Shown here in pieces: positions 1 through 7,900 of a stretch of 64,000 bases of DNA (position 1 is its first letter; every line of letters begins with the position of its first letter). Both the position numbers and the translations under genes were made by a program. This stretch comes from Verrucomicrobiota bacterium (lineage in GTDB: Bacteria; Verrucomicrobiota; Verrucomicrobiia; Limisphaerales; UBA9464), in NCBI GenBank assembly GCA_016871805.1, contig VHCG01000016.1:776-64775 (forward strand). The letters run 5' to 3'. The notes under the pieces are model-generated. The model made no database searches. It was not told the origin of the DNA and was given only the letters and a program-made list of their open reading frames with translations.

Positions 1-162
1 CATCTCTGGAACAACAACGGCATCTGGTGGTGCCACTTTACGCTCCACCATCACGACCACACCAAGCAGCGGATCCGCCGATCGACCGGCACCCGGTTGC
101 TCGAGGAGGCCCGCCAAATCCGAGACTTCCTGCTCAACGTCTTGCCTACCACCTCCGCCTGA
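1..162 (+). CDS. 5'-truncated small hypothetical protein (HLWNNNGIWWCHFTLH...KQRIRRSTGTRLLEEARQIRD), resembling an integrase Arm-type DNA-binding module
   Basis: Frame 1 is open from the window edge to TGA at 160-162 with GC-rich third positions. The W-W/aromatic strand followed by R.RRStgT....AR..RD resembles Arm DNA-binding domains. Below the ORF-track cutoff; translated by hand. Confidence 0.6.
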   Translation, partial: HLWNNNGIWWCHFTLHHHDHTKQRIRRSTGTRLLEEARQIRDFLLNVLPTTSA

Positions 163-174
163 AAGGACTCGAAG

Positions 175-831
175 ATGAAAACGTTTAACGGAATCAACTA
201 TGCGTTCCGCCCTGAGAGCTACTGGAACGACACCACGGTCCAGCAGGCTATCCTCCGTGGAATCAAGGGCACCAAACGACGTCAACTGATCGCAAACGCT
301 CTCTCCGAAGGGACGCTTGAGAAACTGGGCGATGAGCTTCAATCAGCGGAAGTGAGTGATGAGGTCCGCGATCAACTTGGTCGAATCCATCCGAGCCTCA
401 TGGGGGGTGAGTATCTGCCGAGCTACCAACGTCAGGAAACGGAAATTGTCCGCATCGAGCTGGAGTCGACCACCTCGGACGTGATCAGCATCCGGGGGCG
501 ATGTTGGAAGCGACGCATCCGCTATAGGGTCGTCGACGAATACCAGGAGACCTTTGAGGTCAAGCCGGCCACCAGCCAACGTCCCTTCACCCTCGGGCAA
601 TTGATCCGGTTCATCGACCGCGTCTCGCACCAGGACCTCTGGGGCCCATTCTCGCTGGCCTACAACGAACTCAACGCCGATGGAGGCACGGAGCGCCGCC
701 GGCTGCGGCATTTCACCCGCATCAGCTCAGACATCTATCCGCAGCTTCACGACCACTTCGAGCACGTCTTCACGGAATGGGTGCGAGAGGCAGACGCCGA
801 TGCAGATCTGGAGGAGGCTCATGAAGACTGA
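175..831 (+). CDS. hypothetical protein (218 aa), unknown family
   Basis: AAGGA upstream of ATG and coding-like codon usage. Conserved-looking blocks GRIHPSLMGGEYLP, RIELESTTSDVISIR and YRVVDEY recur in degenerate form at 4537-5047. Confidence 0.8.
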   Translation: MKTFNGINYAFRPESYWNDTTVQQAILRGIKGTKRRQLIANALSEGTLEKLGDELQSAEVSDEVRDQLGRIHPSLMGGEYLPSYQRQETEIVRIELESTTSDVISIRGRCWKRRIRYRVVDEYQETFEVKPATSQRPFTLGQLIRFIDRVSHQDLWGPFSLAYNELNADGGTERRRLRHFTRISSDIYPQLHDHFEHVFTEWVREADADADLEEAHED

Positions 832-1039
832 TTCGCCCACCAACACACCCACCAACCCCAACTTGTTCGCCGAACTCTGGGCGGTGGAATCTGCCAAGTT
901 CAAAGACTCGATGGCAAAATCGGGAATCATCGTGACTCCTATCCGGCAATCCAGACGCCAGGCCACGCCTTGGTCGACAACCCTATTGTTCGTGTCAACG
1001 CGGAAGACGTTTTCCTCATCCCAGACTCCTGTCGCCTGA
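821..1039 (+). CDS. small hypothetical protein, translationally coupled to the upstream gene (possibly frameshifted into 970-1305)
   Basis: GGAGGAGG precedes ATG 821, which overlaps the upstream stop. Codon bias appears to switch to the 970-1305 frame in the 3' half. Confidence 0.4.
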   Translation: MKTDSPTNTPTNPNLFAELWAVESAKFKDSMAKSGIIVTPIRQSRRQATPWSTTLLFVSTRKTFSSSQTPVA

Positions 1040-1346
1040 CGAACAAGCCCTTCCAGAAACCTGCATGGCTAACGAGCTACGCGAAACTGGCTCTCCGGAT
1101 GAACTGGGGCGTCTCGGAAAGCACTCTCGGCGAGAATCGGAATCTGGCGAGCTGCTCCCATCGAACTGGTGGAGCCCTGGACCCGTGGAGCCACAGCTGT
1201 TGGCCGAACTGTTCCGGCCACGGGGACCTCGACCAGAGCGACGACGATGAACCTGCCATCGTTATACAGGCAGCTGCCGAGGGTCGATTTGCGTGCGCCT
1301 TGTAGGGCTTGAGGCGAAGCGGTCGGTTGGTTCACGTTGGGCCTCG

Positions 1347-2324
1347 ATGCGGTTCTGGTGGGTCAACCACAGGCAGACCTTCGCCGAGGAGGTTGGTGGC
1401 CATTACATCTGGTGCCCAAAGCACAAGAAGGATGGAGCACGGAACCATTTCTACGAAACCCTCAGAGAGGTCCAGCGAGGCGACCTCGTCTTCTCATTCG
1501 CCGACGCCCATCTCCAAGCAGTCGGCGTTGCGAAACTGCCGTGCTACTCGTGCCCGCGGCCGGATGAATTCGGGAAAGTGGGCGAGGCTTGGGATCAACG
1601 AGGGTGGCGGGTGGACGTCCAGTTCCAGAGATTCCAGCGACCACTCCGCGTGGCTGCGGTGGCCGACCAGATCGCGTCCCTGCTCCCGACCAAGTACTCA
1701 CCGATTCAGCGCGACGGCCGAGGGAATCAAGGGGCCTACCTCGCGGAGGTTTCACGCGAACTGGCCCGTCGCCTCCTAGAACTCGCCGAATCGGTATTAC
1801 TGCCCCTGATCGATGCCTCGGCACTTCGAGACAGTGACCCGGAGACCTTGGCTGACCCAGTGGTGTTGCTGGAATGGGAGGACTCCCTGCAGCAGCGCAT
1901 CGCGGAGAGCGGGTTGATACCTGAGACGACCCGAAGGGCCTTGATCCAAGCCCGACGCGGTCAGGGTCGCTTCAAGGAGAATGTCTATCGGATCGAGCGT
2001 CGGTGCAGGGTCACTGGGGTTTTCAATCCAACCCACCTGATCGCCAGCCACATCAAGCCGTGGCGCGAATCGAGCGACGAGGAGCGACTTACCGGGAGCA
2101 ACGGTCTCCTCTTGACCCCTTCGATGGATCACTTGTTTGACCGCGGTTTCATTACCTTCGCTGACGGTGGCGAGGTCTTGGTCTCACCGGTCGCGGACAG
2201 AGAATCCCTCGACCGGATGGGGATACCGTCCGGACGTCACCTCCAAGTCGGTTCCTTCAACACCGACCAACGCCACTTCCTCCAGTATCACCGAGAAGAA
2301 ATTTTCCTGAAGTCGGCGTTTTAG
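1347..2324 (+). CDS. EVE-HNH type IV modification-dependent restriction endonuclease (VcaM4I-like)
   Basis: N-terminal WWVNHRQT..EEVGG.YIW.PK...GDLVFS..W...GW.V..LLP.KYSP.Q.DGRGNQ..YLA matches the EVE domain of VcaM4I-type enzymes as recalled. C-terminal ARRGQGRF..CRVTG..LIASHIKPW..NGLLL...DHLFDRG is an HNH_2 domain. ATG 1347 preferred over GTG 1293. Confidence 0.85.
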   Translation: MRFWWVNHRQTFAEEVGGHYIWCPKHKKDGARNHFYETLREVQRGDLVFSFADAHLQAVGVAKLPCYSCPRPDEFGKVGEAWDQRGWRVDVQFQRFQRPLRVAAVADQIASLLPTKYSPIQRDGRGNQGAYLAEVSRELARRLLELAESVLLPLIDASALRDSDPETLADPVVLLEWEDSLQQRIAESGLIPETTRRALIQARRGQGRFKENVYRIERRCRVTGVFNPTHLIASHIKPWRESSDEERLTGSNGLLLTPSMDHLFDRGFITFADGGEVLVSPVADRESLDRMGIPSGRHLQVGSFNTDQRHFLQYHREEIFLKSAF

Positions 2325-2358
2325 CTCGGGGTATTCCTCTGAAACGACCGAGTCGATC

Positions 2359-2595
2359 TCACCGTCGCGTGGTCGCTGAACCAGTGGTCCTGCCGGACGA
2401 ATCCCGGAACGTGGTCCGCTCCGAACTACCAGAGGTGTGGGCGGTCGCCGAGCCGGTGCTACGCCCTTTGCCGTCGGTGAACGTGGTTCGCTCGCCGTTT
2501 GCGCCTGTGGGCCGTGGCCGTGGCGGCCAAGACAAAGCACGCGGTAAGGAGCGTGGCTCCGGAAAAAAATGCCCTCCCTCTTTACGCCGGGACAT
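2359..2595 (-). pseudogene. remnant of a small secreted Thr/Gly-rich repeat protein
   Basis: Two tandem repeats ERTTFTDGKGRSTGSAT / ERTTFRDSSGRTTGSAT. A signal-peptide-like stretch (AFFSGATLLTACFVLAATATA) lies in a different frame behind a stop. Confidence 0.5.
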
Positions 2596-2724
2596 ACTTG
2601 CGACAATCGGAATTCAGTCGGAGCGCAATCGGAATCAGCGGGGCTGAAGCGGAGCTGTCCCATGCCGCTTTCCTTTCATGGTTTGGTCCCTTTCTTGGTC
2701 GCCCAAACTTTCACCCCCTCTGGA

Positions 2725-4344
2725 TCAGTTTTGCGAGGTCATGTCAGGCTGCTCGGGAGCACCAAACGCGGAAAGAAAACGGTGAGAAAATCGCGGCCAT
2801 GACGGCCGCCGTCGAAGCGATTTGAAATCGGGAGGCTGAGGAAGCCGGAGTTCTGGATCCGCGAAGAGCTCACCCACAGCAACAAATCGGTGATCGGGCC
2901 CAGTGGCGTTGTGCCAGGCATTCAGGGCGGGAATGGTCCATTGAAAATCGACCAGAAACACGGGCTTCCCATCGGCCCTCCAATAGCGGTTGTCCTCGAA
3001 GCGAACCCGATGCTCGAAACCGGAGATGGAGACCAAGGTTCCGTGTTTGGGAACCACGACCAGATTGCTTCGGATGAGGGCCTGAATGGAGCGCCCCATG
3101 ACACGCACCGCCGCAACGGATTCGACCGGTGCGATAACGGTGTTTCGTTCCACGATCAAACCGGTGATCTGGCATCCGTCTTCCGAGCCCAACTGGATTC
3201 CCGCATAGCCGGAGCTTCTGGCACCATCGTTCCACGAGATATTCTCCCGAACTTGGCAATCACGGTCGGCGTAGGCGGCTCCTGAATAGGTATATACCAA
3301 AAATCCCGGACCGTGGTTGTGGTGGGAAAAGTTCCGGATCAAAGAACTCTCCTCGCATCCCCCGTCCAAATCGAACCCGCCGCCATCCCGGAGGCAGGAA
3401 TGGTTCCCGTAGGATTCACAACCCTCGATCGTCACCCGACGGCAGGCATGAGCCCAGATACCCACCGGACCACCACGCTCGTTGCGACACGCATCCCCGT
3501 TGCCCGCCGCAACACAGCCTCGAATCAGGGCGGTATCAACTCCATCGATGAAAATGCCACTGCCCGAATGATGTTTCCGTTCATCAGGATCGCCGGGGTT
3601 TCGCACGGCGACGCAATCCTCGATCCGAACCCCCGCGTGGGGCCGCGAACTCCTCCCGGCGGGATTGCCTCCGTACACCATGATTCCGGCATAGCGATTA
3701 CTAGACGTCAGGCACCGTTCGATCACGACGCCTTCAAAACCCATCGAGCGCTGGCTGGCATCCACCATGATTCCATGCCATCCGAAGCCCGTGATCGAAC
3801 AGTCCTGAATCACCACACCGGCCACTCGCTCCGGGGTCTCTTGGTTCCGATCACAGCGGATGCCGTCTCCCAAATTGCCGGCCGAGGCAATGATCTTCAG
3901 TTGTGAAACCGTGATCCAAGAAGTCTCTCGGATGAGGAGGCCAGATTCCTTGCCGGGGCGAAGGGTCGCTTGCCCGCGTCCATAGCAAGTGATTCGCACC
4001 GGTGACTGCCGCGTTCCGCCACCGGCATGTTCGATACGAAGCCCCCCTTCAAAGATGGCCCCACCTTCGAGAAACAGCCCATCCCCGGGCGCGAGACGAT
4101 GATCCGCGATGTGCCGATTGACCCGCTGCAAGGTTTTCCAAGGTTCTTTCGGCGACATCCCTGAATGGGAGTCCTTTCCGCTGGGTGAAACGTAGAAATC
4201 GGCCGCGTTTAGGCAGCATCCCACGCCCACCAGCCCGAACGCCCATTGTGACCACTGCCTGGAAATCCTGAACAACATGGATCCACTCAAGGGCATCGTG
4301 AATGACCGCCGAGTTGAATGCTTAAGAAACGCCGACATCCCCAA
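2725..4344 (-). CDS. secreted right-handed parallel beta-helix (pectate lyase-like) protein
   Basis: Signal-like N-terminus, then FYVSPSGKD...PWKTLQRVN and APGD.LFLEGG; repeated I..C....N..G motifs; DGGGFDLDGG. True start probably downstream of 4344. Confidence 0.85.
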   Translation of the reverse strand: MGMSAFLKHSTRRSFTMPLSGSMLFRISRQWSQWAFGLVGVGCCLNAADFYVSPSGKDSHSGMSPKEPWKTLQRVNRHIADHRLAPGDGLFLEGGAIFEGGLRIEHAGGGTRQSPVRITCYGRGQATLRPGKESGLLIRETSWITVSQLKIIASAGNLGDGIRCDRNQETPERVAGVVIQDCSITGFGWHGIMVDASQRSMGFEGVVIERCLTSSNRYAGIMVYGGNPAGRSSRPHAGVRIEDCVAVRNPGDPDERKHHSGSGIFIDGVDTALIRGCVAAGNGDACRNERGGPVGIWAHACRRVTIEGCESYGNHSCLRDGGGFDLDGGCEESSLIRNFSHHNHGPGFLVYTYSGAAYADRDCQVRENISWNDGARSSGYAGIQLGSEDGCQITGLIVERNTVIAPVESVAAVRVMGRSIQALIRSNLVVVPKHGTLVSISGFEHRVRFEDNRYWRADGKPVFLVDFQWTIPALNAWHNATGPDHRFVAVGELFADPELRLPQPPDFKSLRRRPSWPRFSHRFLSAFGAPEQPDMTSQN

Positions 4345-4536
4345 CCCCAGTCAAGCCTGGCGCCGCTACCCGCGAACCGCGCCTCGGCCCAAAACCGGTC
4401 GAGCCTCGGTGAAAGGCCCGATTTCCCAGAACCTCGCGGAGGCCGCTGCCGGGCGAAAAGGGGTCACCGGTAAAGCAAATGAGGCCGATACCCTTTTCCC
4501 TAAAGCGAGGTCGCGTCAGACCTTCCGCAGTCAAGT

Positions 4537-5047
4537 AACGACCATCAACTAGCGCCTGAAACTCCCATCTCCTCTGGAACAGTTTTTTGAGGTCCGGTCA
4601 GGTCGAATCCACCCCTTGTTCATCGGAGATAAGAACCTCACCAGCTGAGAACCAGAGGCAGGCCGAGGTCGCCCGCATCGAACCGGAATCCACCCCATTG
4701 GACGCCATCACCAGTCGTACCCGGTGAAACGCGGCCCTGATTCACGACCAAGTCGTCGACGAGCACTCAACCGAGTTGCGCTGCAATCCAAACAGCAGCG
4801 ACCGCCCGTTGAGCCTTGGTGAGTTCATAGAGTTGATCGATGCGATCTCCGAAAAGGACCTCCAAGTCCGTGCTCGCAGGCCTTTTATGAACACAACGCT
4901 TATGGAAACACGCAGCGCCGCCAGCTGCGCCCGTTCACCCGGATTGACTCAGACTTCTACCTGCACGAGCCGGAGCATTTCGATAACGTCTTCGCAGAAT
5001 GGGCGGCCGGGAGAGAGTCTGAGGCTGGAGGTGACGACGATGGGTAG
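4537..5047 (+). pseudogene. degenerate paralog of the 175-831 gene
   Basis: Hand translation gives GRIHPLFIGDKNL*, EVARIEPESTPLDAITSRTR*, QVVDEH..SDRPLSLGEFIELIDAISEKDL and RRQLRPFTRIDSDFY..HFDNVFAEW. These are colinear with 175-831, with stops, frameshifts and an N-terminal deletion. Confidence 0.85.
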
Positions 5048-5303
5048 AAAGGCACAAAACGGTTCGAGGGCGCGTCCAGCTGCCGCTCAAGTCTGCCCCT
5101 GAATGGGCAACCGCACCCACAACCCAAAGACCTGCCAGGCTACCGATGAGTTCTTCCCCCAACACAACCAACGCCATTTTAGGACCTCCGGAGAAACGTT
5201 GGCTGGTGTGGCATCCAACGCCGCCATCATCGTTTGTGGGAGGTTTGCCGCTAACGAAAATCACAGGGCGAGATCTTGAAAATCGTCGCGGGTTTTCCGA
5301 AAT

Positions 5304-6410
5304 TTGAGGGGGAGATGGGGTTGTATGACATCGGCGCAGACTATGCTCGCTCGCCAGCGCCTTAGGCTGGGCATTGTGAATGTCGGTTTTTGGGTGACGG
5401 CCTCGATCGTTGGTCTGGCGTGGATCAGGACCGGCCGCCACCCGTCCGAGGAGATCGACGCCGCGCTGCTTGTCGCCGCTGCCGTTGCAATCCAGGCGGT
5501 CTTTGACGTCATTGGCGGGTTTCTGCTCCTCCCGGGCGGACAGCCCAGGCTGAGGGTTTTCCTCCGGAAGTGGGCCCGTGGTGTCACGGTCCATGGTGCC
5601 ATGTGGATGACCCTCGGATACGTCGCGGCTCTGAGCCTGCGGTGGTCAGGCGGCTTCTGCTCCGGGATGGCCGCCTCTATCATCGTCCTCGCGCTGGGGA
5701 GGCAGTTCCTCCACGGCGCAATCCATGGATTCCGATTCAGGCGATGGATTCCCGAAACGGGTGAGGGCGTACTCGTCACCCAGGTGGACGATCCCTCTTT
5801 CACCGGAGGGCATGTCGGGTTCGGATCCGATGCGACCATCCTGCTCCCTGAGACCTGGTGCCATTCCCTTCCCATTGACGAACTCCGGGTCGAATTGTCG
5901 CGGCGGCGGTGGGCGGCGGAGAAGGGACTTCCCCTGCGCACCCTGCTTTTTGTCCTCTTGTGGAACCTGACTGGTTGCTGCATCGGGAATTGGGCATTCG
6001 ATTTCGGATCGTTCCCCACGGGCAAGGCCCTGATAGGGCAGGCGTGCTGGATGACTCTCTGGAGTTTCCTAGGTCTGCTCGTCTTGCCGGGACTGAGTCG
6101 ATTCACGGTCTTCGCCGCCGACCAAGCAGCCATCGCAAACGGACTCGATCCGTCTCAGTGGATCCGAAGGTTTCCCACATGGGTTGGCGAGGATGGAAGC
6201 CAATCTTGGTGGGTCGAGACGATCTTCTACCCGATTCCGTCGGCAGACCGGCGGATTGAATCGCTTGAATTCCTTGTTCGGGGCCCGATCCTCGGGAACT
6301 TGGCCAGGTCCCAACTTTTCTACTCGTTGGCCGGACTGACCCTGCTGGGCCGTGCGGTCCACTGCAACGTGGGTCGCCCCGCCCTTTGGGTATTCCCGCC
6401 CACCGCCTGA
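5304..6410 (+). CDS. integral membrane protein with M48 (HtpX/Ste24)-like layout lacking HExxH
   Basis: Several TM helices. ELRVELSRR, AADQAA and IFYPIPSADRRI sit where M48 enzymes have ElxAVlaHE.gH, E..AD..A and THP...R. Confidence 0.6.
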   Translation: MRGRWGCMTSAQTMLARQRLRLGIVNVGFWVTASIVGLAWIRTGRHPSEEIDAALLVAAAVAIQAVFDVIGGFLLLPGGQPRLRVFLRKWARGVTVHGAMWMTLGYVAALSLRWSGGFCSGMAASIIVLALGRQFLHGAIHGFRFRRWIPETGEGVLVTQVDDPSFTGGHVGFGSDATILLPETWCHSLPIDELRVELSRRRWAAEKGLPLRTLLFVLLWNLTGCCIGNWAFDFGSFPTGKALIGQACWMTLWSFLGLLVLPGLSRFTVFAADQAAIANGLDPSQWIRRFPTWVGEDGSQSWWVETIFYPIPSADRRIESLEFLVRGPILGNLARSQLFYSLAGLTLLGRAVHCNVGRPALWVFPPTA

Positions 6411-7155
6411 CATCAATCAATCTCAACAATCGGTATGATTCCCTGGGGGGGCCCCTGGTTGGACCAAAAGCCGGTTTGGGGTGGGTGAACAGCTTTGGCA
6501 TGGGTCTGACCACCAGCCTTTCAGCAATCCCACGACACGCTCACCCGTTTCAGTAAGGCTGACGAGCGCCCAGTGGGGAATCTCCCGTGCCCCCGAGCTG
6601 AATGCACTGTTCGACGACCTGAACCCTGCGTTCGATAACCTCTGGGACGCCGACGGGGACGGCGTCCTCGACAAGGACTGCGGCGGGCCCAGTCCGTTCG
6701 CCACAGCGCACCTCTGCCTGTAGGGGAGTGAACTCCGCAGTTTGGAGTGGGTCTCAGGCCCCTTAATGCAGGCGCCCCGCCCCCTCCGGGCGGGGCGCTT
6801 ATGCCGTGGCAGTTGCCGGCCTCACGATTGTCAGCAGCGAAGGAAGCCGTGCTCTGGTCCCTGGGTGCAGTCGCTGCCACCACGCAACCCCAGGCCCAAA
6901 GATGCGGGCCCCGTGCCGGATCGCTCCCTCCTGTAATCCCAATCCCGACCCAATGGACAGGGCCTCGCGGGATGGGCGCTTCGCGCCCTGTGCTGCAGGG
7001 CACTGCAGCACCCACCTTAGCTTTGACCACCTCTGTGATACCCCTTGTGAAGACCTAACTCTGCAACGCCCGGCGGCTTGACCTCGAAACGGTCTTGGAG
7101 GCCTCATTTTCCTCCGTCGATAGCGGGTGGAACCAAAATGAAATGGTTTTTAACC

Positions 7156-7183
7156 TTGCACCCGAGGGCACCTTTTCTAATCT
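7156..7183 (+). promoter_or_regulatory. putative sigma70 promoter of rpmI-rplT
   Basis: TTGCAC-N16-TAATCT, 35 nt upstream of the rpmI ATG, preceded by an AT-rich tract. Confidence 0.45.
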
Positions 7184-7218
7184 CCGCGCTCTTTAACGAG
7201 GAGAAACTGAGAGCTGTT

Positions 7219-7428
7219 ATGCGTCGTCCGAAGGGGATCAAGACCAAGAAGTCCGTTGCCAAGCGCTTCAAGATCAGCGCCAAGGGCAAGGTATTCGCCC
7301 GCCATTCCGGTATGCGTCACTTGCTGTCCGGCAAGAGCGCCAAACGCCGTCGCCGTCTGGGCGAGGACAAGGAGCTTCATCCCTCCGACGTCTATAAGAT
7401 CAAGGCCTGTCTCCCGTTCTCGCACTGA
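7219..7428 (+). CDS. rpmI: 50S ribosomal protein L35
   Basis: KTKKSVAKRFKISAKGK..RHLL..KSAKRRRRL; start corrected to ATG 7219. Confidence 0.97.
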   Translation: MRRPKGIKTKKSVAKRFKISAKGKVFARHSGMRHLLSGKSAKRRRRLGEDKELHPSDVYKIKACLPFSH

Positions 7429-7463
7429 TCCGTGCTCCGCGAACCTCCCACTGATTTCCGACC

Positions 7464-7835
7464 ATGCGCGTCACCAACGCTCCCGCCTCCCGCAAACGTC
7501 GTAAACGGATGCTCCAGCTCGCCAAGGGCTACCGTCTGAAGCGCAGCAAGCTGTACCGTTACGCCTCCGATGCCGTCGACCACGGTCTGCAGTACGCCTA
7601 CCGCGACCGCAAGACCAAGAAGCGGACCTACCGCAATCTCTGGCAGATCCGCATCAATGCGGCTGCGCGCGCCGCGGGCATCACCTACAGCCGATTCATG
7701 GAAGGCCTCAAGGCCGCCCAATGTGGGCTGGATCGCAAGGTCATCGCCGACCTCGCCGCCACCGACAGCCCGGCCTTCGCCAAGCTCGTCGAGCTGGCCC
7801 AGGGTGGTCTGAAGTCTAAGGCTGCCAAGGCCTGA
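7464..7835 (+). CDS. rplT: 50S ribosomal protein L20
   Basis: LAKGY..YAYRDRK.KKR.YR.LW..RINAAAR...YSRF..LDRKV.ADLA. Confidence 0.98.
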   Translation: MRVTNAPASRKRRKRMLQLAKGYRLKRSKLYRYASDAVDHGLQYAYRDRKTKKRTYRNLWQIRINAAARAAGITYSRFMEGLKAAQCGLDRKVIADLAATDSPAFAKLVELAQGGLKSKAAKA

Positions 7836-7869
7836 GCCAGCAGCCAACCCCGGTATCAACCGGAAAGAC

Positions 7870-7900
7870 AGGGCGGTTCACCTCGGGTGGCCGCCCTTTT
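7870..7900 (+). terminator. Rho-independent terminator of rpmI-rplT
   Basis: AGGGCGGTTCACC-TCG-GGTGGCCGCCCT-TTT hairpin overlapping the end of the convergent MFS gene. Confidence 0.6.

Noticed and set aside
829-1305. Frame of 175-831 stays open after its TGA up to 1305 and contains GGGICQV (VanW-like); possible read-through or selenocysteine
   Set aside because: The decayed paralog ends at the equivalent position, an RBS-ATG overlaps the stop, and no SECIS-like hairpin or further VanW similarity is visible.
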